A stretch of DNA of 64,000 nt, taken from positions 22,208,464-22,272,463 of the forward strand of contig NC_043011.1 in assembly GCF_006345805.1 (NCBI RefSeq). Reading direction: 5' to 3'. This stretch comes from Octopus sinensis. Lineage: Eukaryota. Under the pieces are notes generated by a model. That model ran no database searches, had not been told where the DNA came from, and was given only the letters and a program-made list of their open reading frames with translations. The position numbers and the translations under genes are program-made. Positions 13,642-24,593 of the stretch are shown in pieces. Within the stretch, counting starts at the first letter, position 1, and each line of letters begins with the position of its first letter.

Positions 13642-14030
13642 GGCGCAGGAGTGGCTGTGTGGTAAGTAGCTTGTTTACCAACCACATGGTTCCGGGTTCA
13701 GTCCCACTGCATGGCACCTTGGGCAAGTGTCTTCTACTGTAGCCTCGGGCCGACCAATGCCTTGTGAGTGGATTTGGTAGACGGAAACTGAAAGAAGCCC
13801 GTCATATATATGTATATATATATATGTGTGTTTGTCCCCCTAGCATTGCTTGACAACTGATGCTGGTGTGTTTATGTCCCCGTTACTTAGCAGTTTGGCA
13901 AAAGAGACCGATAGAATAAGTACTGGGCTTACAAAAGAATAAGTCCCGGGGTCGATTTGCTCGATTAAAGGCAGTGCCTCAGCATGGCCACAGTCAAATG
14001 ACTGAAACAATTAAAAGAGTAAAGAGTAAA
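13642..14030 (+). mobile_element. tRNA-derived SINE (family A), full length, in tandem with the previous copy
   Basis: Same architecture; flanked by a direct duplication of at least 68 bp of non-SINE sequence. Confidence 0.85.
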
Positions 14031-14623
14031 TTCTTCAAAATTAATTGAAGCAGAAGTAGTGTGTTTAATCAGAAATATGATATAGAAAAAGTCAAGGCAC
14101 TAAAATGTTGGAATGTTTGTGGTTGTGCTCAATGCGTACAAGTTATTAATGGAGGATGATGATGATAATGGAAATGACGACTGTTTAGCTCTCTGATCAT
14201 CTGACCAGCAATGATTGAAGAGATCTATGATGAAAGGACTTCAGGCTGTACTATTCTGGCATATTATCAGCCGTGTGCATCTAGGTGTATCTTTCCTTTT
14301 AAGATAATGGGTTGTGATTAGAAAATTTGGGTGTTATTTCCAGTGGGTTAAGTAACCAATTAGAAGTTAACCTTGGCTCATTCTTCATTTAGATGTTAGA
14401 TGATGTTCCCAGGTTCATTCAGTCATAGGTATTTAGGACTACAGTATTCCTATGCATGCATCCTATTTTTAGGCATAGGATGTGGTTTGAGGGAAATTTG
14501 GCTTGTGGGATTGCTTAATGTGTGGTGGAATGCTGCATGTAGTGTGTTAGGGAAAGCTTAACTAAATAATTTTCTATATAAAAACATGCGTTTTAAATAT
14601 AATTATGTACTCAAAACATTTAA

Positions 14624-14844
14624 CCCTTTAGCATTTAAACCGGCCATATCCAGCCAAAAGTATTCTACCTGTTTTATGTTCATACTGGCCAGATCTGGTC
14701 TCTCACACTAACCCTACAATATCATTTTAAAAATTAACAGCTACCTCATTAAAATCTCATAGCTACAAGATAATGCATGATTAGTTCAAGACAATGTGGA
14801 TGAAGAAGCACTAATTTTGTCAGAATAATGCGAACACTAAAGGG
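14624..14844 (+). mobile_element. piggyBac-type MITE (221 bp)
   Basis: TTAA|CCCTTTAG ... CTAAAGGG|TTAA. Related copies at 19668-19888, about 25684-25894, 27848-28070, 38476-38696 and 54985-55203. Confidence 0.85.
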
Positions 14845-16208
14845 TTAAACTTGATGTAGAATAAAATTAGTTTATAGCATGGAATTTTCTACAAGTCATG
14901 CCACTGGAAGTGAATTGACTGGTTTTCAACAGTCAGTCATGTGGCTTGCTGCAAGTAGTTTAGAATTTTTAAAAAGGCAAACTGGACTTAATTACAGAAA
15001 AACTAATCTTTCTTAAATAACTTCAGTTACTGTTTGGTTAAAACGTTAAAAAATGTCTAAATTAGTAAAATACAAGAATACGTGCTTTTATTGTATGTTT
15101 ACTCATGATACTGATAATCTCACCACTTGTTGCAGTCATCTCTTTCATGAGGTTTAAGCCTTTTACTGCTTTCCATGTCTTCTTCGGGTTCCTTTCACAT
15201 GGATTTCTTGGTACTTCTTTATAAAAACTCTACTTTCATAGATATCACATCTGTGCCAGTGCAGTCTTCTCTCTTGCACAATACAGCTGATTCCTCTTAT
15301 ACTCAGCTTCTCTCTCATTTCATTTGTGCACCATTTTTTTATTCTCACATTTTAGGTGTAGGTGTGACTGTGGTAAGAAATTTGTTTCCCAATCACATGG
15401 TCTTGGGTTCAGTCTCACTCCATAGTACCTTAGGTGTCTTCTGCTATAGCCCTAGGCCGACCAAAATCTTGTGAGTGGATTTAGTAGACGGACACTGAAA
15501 GGAGCCTGTTATATGTATACGTGTGTGTGTGTGTGTGTATTACTGTCTCCTTTTCTTGACTTCATGTGATAGTTGTAAATAAATGTCACCATCATATCCT
15601 TTGTTTCCAGTCTTCTGTGAAAGTATGTCTGTTCATGGGGAATATTACTTTACTTGGAAACAGGTGAGGGTTGGTGATAGGAAGGGCATCTGGCCAGAGA
15701 AGATCTGCCTCAACTAATAGTGTCTGACCTATGTAAGCATGGAAAAGAGGGCATTAAAAAATAATGAATTATGCATTTATTACAGTGTGCTTGTCTCATT
15801 TCTTTCTAGCCTTCATATATCCTGACTGGCTCTCGTGCCGGTAGCACATAAAAAGCACCATTCAAGCGTGATCGATGGTAGTACTGCCTGACTGGCCCCT
15901 CATGCCGGTGGCATGTAAAAAGCACCCACTACACTTTCGGAGTGGTTGGTGTTAGGAAAGGCATCCAGCTGTAGAAACCTTGCCTGATCAGATTGGAGCC
16001 TGGTACAGCCTTCCGGCTTGTCAGTCCTTAGTCAAACCATCCAACCTATGCCAGCATGGAAAGCGAACATTAAACAACGATGATGATGATGATTCAGTGT
16101 CATGTTTTGCTACCATGGAATGTCACACTTCTATAAACATAATTATAAACAAATATACAAACACTAGACTATATATTTTTGCTAATATTTATTTATTTTA
16201 TTTTATAG

Positions 16209-16260
16209 ATTCCATGAAAGAAAGAGAAGCCAGAGGTTTACTCAAATCTGCTGTCCAAAG
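16209..16260 (+). CDS. KTI12: KTI12 coding exon 2
   Basis: Acceptor ttttatag|, translates (D)SMKEREARGLLKSAVQ(R), matching the Kti12 DSxxEKxxRGxLxSxVxR helix; donor AG|gtaata; phase 1 in, phase 2 out. Confidence 0.95.
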
Positions 16261-16941
16261 GTAATATTCCTTTTATCAAGTTAATTTTTTGGTTACCTTT
16301 ATTTTAATTGCAGGGCTTCTATTTTGAACTCTTTTTTCATTCACTTGCTCACTCATATAGTTTACTCTTGTAAAATATATGGGCAAATATAAAGAGCTTA
16401 TTAAAGAGCTTAAACACTTCTTTATGAAATTGTAATAGGTTTAAATTATGTAAATATATAATACAAAAATTTGTTGCAGACATGGCTGTGTGGTTAAGAA
16501 GCTTGCTTTGCTACTATGTGATTTTTTAGTTCAGTCCCACTACTACAGCCTCAGATTGACCAATACTTAGAGTGAATTTGGTAGACAGAAACTGTGTGGA
16601 AGCCTGGCGTTTGTGTGTGCGTGTGTGTGTGCACGTGTTCATCTCTCCCTCCACCACCACCACTTGACAACTGGTATTGATTTGCTTTCATTCCCATAAC
16701 TTTGCTGTTTGGCCAAAGGAGACTGATAGAATATGTACCAAACTTGAAACAAATAAGTCCTGTGGTCAGTTTGTTCAATTAAACCCTTCAGAGTGGTGTC
16801 CCAGTCTGGTCGCAGTTCAATGACTGAGACAAGTGAAAGGTAAAAGAAATGACCACATTTTCTTTTATCGTTGAACCTTTTTGTTGAGGCAGCGTCTTGT
16901 TCAAAAGCACTGACATGCAAGCAATTCATAGAAGGCAAACC

Positions 16942-17353
16942 GGATCTTTTCGGTTTGAACGGCAGTTTTTTCTAGCAGTGTCATATGAAATTGTCACCCA
17001 TAATTATGACCCTAGTATCAATCTATTGCATTTCAATCTGTTTTAGGGTTAGGGTTAGGGGTGAAGGGTATCTTTTTTTCTTCACAAATGTAAATAAACC
17101 CAATCTGTTTCTTAAACGAGGGCCATATTCATACAGCACAGAATGTTGTTTACCTCAATAGACGTCATTGATTGGTTGAAATTGCAGAAATTGAAGAAAA
17201 AAACCAACAAATATCTTACAAACTATAGAATTTTCTCAATAAAGCCAAGAGAAAAAGATGTTTTATAAACACATTCTACCAGTATACGAAGTTTAAAATT
17301 TTTTAGTTACCTAGAAATTATGTTAAAAACTGCCGTTCAAACCGAAAAGATCC
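16942..17353. mobile_element. MITE with perfect 29-bp TIRs and 8-bp TSD (Merlin-like)
   Basis: TIR GGATCTTTTCGGTTTGAACGGCAGTTTTT at both ends; TSD GGCAAACC at 16934-16941 and 17354-17361; older partial relatives near 10960-11075 and 50228-50443. Confidence 0.8.
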
Positions 17354-18179
17354 GGCAAACCTACAACACTGAATCATCATTATTAATGAATGATATATAG
17401 CCTTAACAAATGCTGCTAGCTCTAAAATTGCTGATAATCTTTTGTGATGAACACTGAATAATTTTCATGTAACTAAGGTTGCATCACATGAAACTGGGGT
17501 TCTCTAACAACGAGAGAAATGTTTCATCCTTGAACAGCTGCTAGTTTTAAAAACAAAACTAGAATACACTCCATGCTAGAGTACTGTGTATAGATATTAG
17601 GATGGTTCATTCATCATGCACATACATTCTGGACTCCATCCAAACAGGCCATCTTGTAAGTAAACCTACCCCATTCACCAATGCTGTAACCTTTGGCCCA
17701 CTTCCAAAGCCAAACAGTGCTCTCACTCTATCTTAGATATATTACATGTACTTCTCTGAATTTTCTAGCTTCAGTCTATATATTGCTGTATCTGAATGCA
17801 TTTGATTTACCAATTTCTTCTCATTTCACTTTTGTTGTTCCCCATCCTCTTTGCAAGCCCTTACCTTTACTTTTAGATTTAATCACCATCTCCTGGTCTT
17901 TGAGTTTCCTTAGTAGAGCTCACTCTGTTGCAAGCATTTGAATTAAATCTCTGGTCTATGAATTCATTCATTCTTGCTTGCGAATCTCTGAGGCCCAAAT
18001 AAGAATTACGGATGATACCCTCCCTCCTTGTGATTAAGCATCATCATCATTTAACTGTCCACTTTTCCATGCTTGTATAGGTCAAATGGAATTTTATTGA
18101 GGTAGATTTTCTACAACTGGATGCCCTTCCTGTTAACACCCTTTACCTACTTCAAAGCAAGGTGATATTATATGTTGAT

Positions 18180-18400
18180 GTGTGGTTTAGTGGGTAGGGC
18201 ATTGGACTCATGATTGTAGGATTGTGGCTTCGATTCCTGGACCGGGTGACGCTTTGTGTTCTTGAGCAAAACACTTCATTTCATTTTCCTCCAGTCCATT
18301 CAGCTGGCGAAAGTGAATAATCCTGTGATGGACTATATATGCCATGGAAACCAGGAAGTCGCCTCTTTGAGTCTATATGACTAGGGAAGGACCTTTATTC
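18180..18400 (+). mobile_element. tRNA-derived SINE fragment (family C)
   Basis: TGGTTTAGTGG A box, CTTCGATTCC B-box-like motif, then TTGAGCAAAACACTT..CTCCAGTCCATTCAGCTGG shared with 43889-44218. Confidence 0.65.
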
Positions 18401-18413
18401 TTTATATATATAA

Positions 18414-18465
<52 letters not shown>

Positions 18466-19667
18466 TATATGTGTGTGTGTGTGTATATATGCACACATAT
18501 AAACACACATGACAGGCTTCTTTCAGTTTCCTTCTGCTGATTCCACTTACAAGACCTTGGTCAGCCCAAGACTATAATAGAAGACATTTGTCCAATGTGC
18601 AGCACACTGGAACTGAATCCAAGACCACATGCTTAGAAAGCAAGCTTCTTAGCACCATAGCCATGTCTGCACCTAGCAAACAAGAAAAAAAAAATCATAT
18701 TACATTACTCACTTCTGCCTTCCGTAACTATATTCTCTTTTGTTCCAAATGTTCAGTTGGAACAGTTGTATATTAAATGGAGTGTGTGGGAAATCAAGAA
18801 GACGGCTGTGTGGTTAAGAAGCTTGCATGGCGCCTTGGGCAAGTGTTATCTACTATAGTTCTGGGACAACCAATGCTTTGTGAGTAAATTTGGTTGATGG
18901 AAATTCAGTGGAAGCCTGTTGCACATGTGTGTATATATGTGTATATGTCTTTGTGTTGTTTTGTTTACATCCTTGCTACTTAATGGTTCTGTAAAAGAGA
19001 CTGATAGAATAAGTATCAGACTTTAAAAAAAACAAAAACTCCTGGGGTTAAATTCCTCCAAGTTAGTGCCCTAGCATGGTTACATTCCAATGACTAAAGC
19101 AAGTAAAAGATAATTCTAGGAAGCAAAAATTGGGTGAAGTGAATTGAAAAAGCCTTTCTTTTATATTTTAATGATTTGCTGTAGCAGGAATGGAGAAATT
19201 TGAAATTAGACACTGTTGCAATGGCAAGAGAAGATGAGATATAAACATTGAATGAATTGTTGTGCCATCCCAGTTCAGCCTTGATTTAGTAGCCCCATGT
19301 TTAAGCTGAGATCAGCTCAGAGATCAAACAGACCCACATTGCAAGCAGAACTATGATTAAATGTTTTACAGTTGTGATTATTAATCAATTTTCCTCACAC
19401 AATATTATTCAATGTGCTCTATTATTAAGATAGTAAAGAGCATGATTTGAAGATTTGGTAACTATTTCTAGAGGGTATGATTGGTTTCATATATTGAATG
19501 TGTTAAGATGGAGGTTGGCATTAGGTCAGTAAGTCTAGGCATCAGGGTCATACAGGAATACCCCACTTTAGAGAACTAATGTGTTACTGAAAAACTTGAG
19601 GTAACATAAAATTAATTTTCCTTTTGATTTTCATGTTACAAAGTGATTATGTGTTCTGATGGATTAA

Positions 19668-19888
19668 CCCTTTAGTGTTCACATTATTCTGCCAAAATTA
19701 ATGCTTCTTTATCTGCATTGTTTTGAACTAATCCTGCATTATCTTGTAGCTATTAGATTTTAATGAGGTAGCTGTTAATTTTTAAAACGATATTGTAGGG
19801 TTGGTGTGAGAGACCAGATCTGGCCAGTTTGAACATAAAACAGGCAGAATACTTTTGGCCGGATATGGCCGGTTTAAATGCTAAAGGG
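19668..19888 (-). mobile_element. piggyBac-type MITE, inverted relative to the 14624 copy
   Basis: TTAA-flanked CCCTTTAG..CTAAAGGG; about 14 mismatches in 221 bp against the reverse complement of 14624-14844. Confidence 0.85.
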
Positions 19889-19977
19889 TTAAAAAAAATA
19901 TCTCATAAAAACAATCAACATGACTACTTTTTATGTTTGAAAATAGCAACTTTGAAATTTACCCAGTACAATATGTA

Positions 19978-20195
19978 TGAGTGGGGTGCTGAAAAGTTCC
20001 TGGCTTTTGATAAAAGAAAATACTGGAGGATCAATTAATTATGATTTTATTCAACATATTCCACTCTCAGATTCACACACTTACTGCAGCAGTCTTTCAG
20101 TTTTTCTAAACTCTGTGAATGAACTCGGAAGGTTGGGCCTCCAACCATGCCTTTTGCACTACCCTTAAAGCCAGGAACTTTTCAGCTGCCCCTTG
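19978..20195. mobile_element. mariner-derived MITE
   Basis: TA-flanked; imperfect TIRs share GCTGAAAAGTTCCTGGCTTT. Confidence 0.7.
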
Positions 20196-21350
20196 TATAC
20201 ATAAAACATTTGTAAAGAAATAAGGAATAAAAGAGAATAATAATACTGCAATATAGTATGTTCTTACCACATAAGATGCTAACTACTCTGTGAGGTGTGG
20301 TAGTGGTGGAATTAAGAGTATTACAAGAATGAAGGACACTGCCTTCTATTTTAGAGTTCCTCATCATCAATACCTACTTGAGGGACGCAGAACTGATCCA
20401 AAATTGTTTAATATTTGTGGCACATCATTTCTTTTTGTATAGCTCAGAGTAAGAACTAAACTCATTGCTAACTCCTTGTGATTTTTATATTACATTCATG
20501 ATTAGGGGTTGCTAGCAAAAAATTGCAGACCTTCCTTCATAAGTGTGAACCCTTTTGCAATATGTTTTGCAGTCAATTTAAGTGGAGTTGGTGGAATTAC
20601 CATATGTTTCGTAGCAGAAAGTCTGCATCAGATTCAGAAGGGTTATGTTGATGATTGTAAATGATGTTGGGGTTAAAGTCATAGAGGATGATGTGGTGGT
20701 ATTGCTTGTGTCTCATAAAATAAAAAAATTATCTAATGATGAGCAAATACTGTAGGAACAAGAGCAAGCTGAAAATAGATGAATATATGAAAACTCTACC
20801 AACTCTGTTTAATTTGACTGCAAACAATATTGCTAAAGGGTTGGTGCTTATAGAAGACAATAATGACTAACGACTAACTTATAGATGAGGATAATGACTA
20901 ATTCCTCATCTTCCCAGTAACTCTCATACCCCACCCCTTACATGATAGCCAATGTCTTTTGTAGTTAGAGCTTATTCTATTACAATATTGCGAATCATAT
21001 TTATTTCCTAATGCATTTCTCTTCAAATGCCTTGTGTATACAAACTATATTGTGTGTCTAAAAATTGTTATTGTTATGCATAAAAGCAACCAAATTGCTT
21101 CTTCTTTTCTTTCTGCAAAAAGTCTTTACAACATGAAAATCTGGGAGAAAATTTCTTGATATTGGATTTTGCATTATGGCAACATTTTCAGGAATGCACT
21201 ACTTCCATAAGACGTGGGATTCTTGTACTTTATTCCACAACTTCACATGAACTGCTGAGAAGCTTGTGAATTTCTTTTGCTTATGTGGGGCATGAACAAT
21301 ACCACTGCTACCAGTGTCAAAGCAAAAACTGATGAAGGTATTGGGATGGG

Positions 21351-21370
21351 GAGAGAGAGAGAGAGAGAGA

Positions 21371-21448
<78 letters not shown>

Positions 21449-21462
21449 CTCTCTCTCTCTCT
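21351..21462. repeat. Compound microsatellite (GA)10-(CA)36-(TC)8
   Basis: Read directly from the sequence; one of many (CA)n, (TA)n and (ATT)n arrays in the window. Confidence 0.95.
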
Positions 21463-21961
21463 GTCTTCTGTACAGTTTCTTATAGCAAATTTGAATGCAT
21501 TCTTCAATGTGAATCTGTAGTAGGAGACATTTGCCCAAGGTGGAACCCTGCAGGATTAAACCATGTATTGTGAAGCAAACTCCCTAACCACACAGGCATG
21601 TGTGTGTCTGTGTGTGTGTGATTGTTTCTGCTTCATATTGTCAGTATTTGTGCTTGATATTAACCAAAGCAAATTTCTTCTGGTAGTAACTCCCTAAACT
21701 CCATAAATGATCTCAGTCATTCAATAAAGGTTGATAGAATAACTAGCAGGCTTGTCCTACTATCACCATATTTATTTGTTATTGTTGTCATTTAGAGTCT
21801 AGTCAGCACTGACTGGGTAGATCTATTACGAAAAGTATCTTAGCCAAGGCTATACTTTCTCTAGTGCATATGTAGAGGTTGTATTATCCTTATCCTATCT
21901 AAAACTACATTATCCTGTGTGTTCCTCCCTTTTCAAGACTGTGACCTGTCACCTACTAGAC

Positions 21962-22505
21962 CATTGATTTCCAACGCGGGGCTTGGGAAAATTGTGGTGG
22001 AGCATAGGATCCATTATTTAATACAAAAAAATTAGCGAATATTTTGTTTAAAATAAAAGGTACTAAGATGTGGCTATGTAGTGAGGTTGAAAGGAAATAC
22101 CCTAGTACTGCCATTTCAGCAAAGGATATTTTGAATCATTTCCCTATGCCTTATTTGGTTGAGTGTGTCTTTAATGCTGATGACAATTTGCTTGAAGCCA
22201 AGAGAAGCAGTCTTGAAATTACAAAACATAGTGATTTACAGCTGAAGCTAACAAAATTGTCTCCTCAAATCAAGGAAATTGACCTTGTGCCTGGTGACTA
22301 CAACAGTAGTCACCAGGCACAAGGTCAATAATGTACTTTTTTTTTTATTCAGTACTTTATAAAAGAGTTAGCAGTATATTCTTTTGTATTAAATAATTGT
22401 GATAAAGTATTAAAAATAAATTTGTTTTTTCCAACTATGGTGGGGCATTCATTTTTTCTGGAATGCTATAGTGGGACCTAGGGGAAAATAGGTTGGGAAA
22501 CATTG
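21962..22505 (+). mobile_element. Internally deleted hAT (Charlie/Buster-type) element
   Basis: Imperfect TIRs CATTGATTTCCAAC and GTTGGGAAACATTG; 8-bp TSD TACTAGAC/TACAAGAC; ORF 22044-22331 resembles the Buster transposase C-terminus (KYP..FPMPYLVECVF..LL..R..LEI...DL.LKLT.L.P). Reverse partial copy from 26938. Confidence 0.8.
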
Positions 22506-23235
22506 TACAAGACACTACAGTGTAGCTAAGCATTACTTTGCATGACTCTATAGATGTGAAATCCTTTATTTTTTTTTTAATAACTACCTTTATTCTTTGG
22601 ATAATTACTACAACAATAAAAGTTAGCAGTTTTCAGACTTTTGGCATAATGCTATTTCATTTGCTGGTTTATCACTGAGAAACAAGACATTTTTTTTTAT
22701 TGATTTAAAAGTCCTTTTGATTTTGTATAAATAGGGACAGGTATGGCTATGTGATTAAGAAGTTTAATTTGCAAGCACATGGTTTCAAGTTGTCCCACTG
22801 TTCTGCACCTTAGGTTAGTGTCTGCTACTATAGCTTTGGTTGAATTTGGTAGATTGGAAACTATGTGGGGGCCCATATGTGTGTGTGTGTGTACTTGTGT
22901 GTGTGTGTGTATTTTAAATTTGTTCCTCACCACTTAACAACTGGTCTTGGTTGTTTACATTCCTGTGGCTTAGTGGTTAGCAAAAGACACTAACAGAATA
23001 TAGTACCAGACTTTAAAAAAAAAAAAAAGTACTAGGGTCAATTTGTTTTACTAAAGCTTTCAAAGTTGCACCCCAGCATAGCTGCAGTCCAGTGACAGAA
23101 ACATTTAAATAATAAAAGATAAAAAGATTAAAATTGCTATTTTGATATATTTTACTGAATCATGAAATAATTATTCTGAGTAGTTGCAAAATTATTAGCT
23201 GAAATATCACTATTTTTTATCTGTTTCTGTTTCTA

Positions 23236-24470
23236 TCAGGTCATTAAAAATGAAATGTCCGATTTTGAACAGAAAGTTTATTTTACTTTATCTCAACAAA
23301 AAGCAAAAGTTAATCAAAGTATGCACTTAAATTAAACAACACAGTTTTGCCATTTTATCGGTAGCTTACAAAAGGCTGTTTTTGCATCTTCTTCAGATTT
23401 GAAGTTTTTTCCTTGCTCAAAGTTGACTAATGACTGGAAATCATGACAGTCAGTTGGTACAAGGTCTGATGAATATGGTGAATGACAGTACTTCCAAGTC
23501 CACTTCCTGTAACTTGAGTAGCGTTCTTTGTGCAACATGTGGTCAAGCATTGTCTTGCAAGAGAATTGGCCTGTCTCTATTGACCAATCTCAGTTGTTTA
23601 ATTGCAAGTTCACTTATCATTTCATCCAATTGATTGATATATACATCCGTTGTAGTTGGCTTATCAGGTTTCATGAAGCTGTAGCGGATGATACCAGTGC
23701 TGGATCACCAAACACACCCTTAGCTTTTTTTGATGAATATTCTTTTTTAGATTGTGTTTTGGCATTTCATCTCTATCCAACCACTGTGCAGAACACTTGC
23801 TATTGTTGAAAAGAATCCATTTTTCACCACACACAACAATACGATGCAAAAATGGTTTGCTTTTATGCCGTGACAGCAAAGAACAGCAAGTTTCAAGATG
23901 ACATGTCATTTGATGCTCATTCAGTTTGTTTGGTACCCACTTATCCAGCTTCTTTACCTTGCCGATTTGTTTCAGATGGTCCAATACAGTTGGAATGGAA
24001 ACATCAACCCTTGCTGCTAACTCATACCTAGTTTGAGACATATATGAGATAATGGTGAGTTTCCAGCTCATCATTATCCACCTTAGTCTCAGGTCTACCA
24101 CAGGGCTGATTTTCAAGAGTGTAAAGTCACCAGACCGGAACTTCTCGAACCATCAACATACAGTGCACTCATTCACCACATCATCGTCAAACACCTCATT
24201 GATGTTTTGAGCTGTCTGGGATATATTGGTTCCATGACAGAACTTATATTCATAGACAATGTGAATTTTTGATCAATCTATCGGTTCACAAAAATTGATT
24301 TACAAGAGAAAACTCACACTATAATCAGACACCATGAATTGCATTTCAAAAAGTGATGATGTAACCTTTCAATGTTGCAAGACAAAGAATTATCGGGATA
24401 AAACATTAGAGTTAACAACTGTCAAACTTGGTGCATAAGAAAATCAGACATTTTATTCTTAATGACCTGA
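23236..24470 (-). mobile_element. Near full-length inactive mariner transposon (1235 bp)
   Basis: TA-flanked TIRs TCAGGTCATTAA(A/G)AAT(G/A)AAATGTC(C/T)GATTTT; broken ORFs 23664-24116 (WVPNKL, RIVVCGEKWI) and 23332-23550 (PYSSDLVPTD) correspond to the mariner WVPHEL, DEKW and YSPDLAPSD motifs. Confidence 0.9.
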
Positions 24471-24540
24471 TAACATTTTTCTGTAACCCTTTCTTATTGT
24501 CCTGAACTAAAATTGCTCTTATTTTTATATTTTTATTTAG

Positions 24541-24593
24541 ATCTATTTCTAAGGAATATGTTACCATACTTGATGCTATGAACTACACTAAAG
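24541..24593 (+). CDS. KTI12: KTI12 coding exon 3 (ILDxxNYxKG motif)
   Basis: Acceptor ttttatttag|, translates (R)SISKEYVTILDAMNYTK(G); donor AAG|gtgagt; phases compatible with both neighbours. Confidence 0.95.

Noticed and set aside
21199-21573. ORFs with poly-(CV) or poly-(TH) tracts (also the IY/YI-rich ORFs at 12227-12802 and 30259-30594)
   Set aside because: Translations of (CA)n and (TA)n microsatellites.
23240-23330. Candidate extra KTI12 exon after a strong acceptor
   Set aside because: It is the mariner TIR, has no Kti12 similarity, and exons 2 and 3 join in frame without it.
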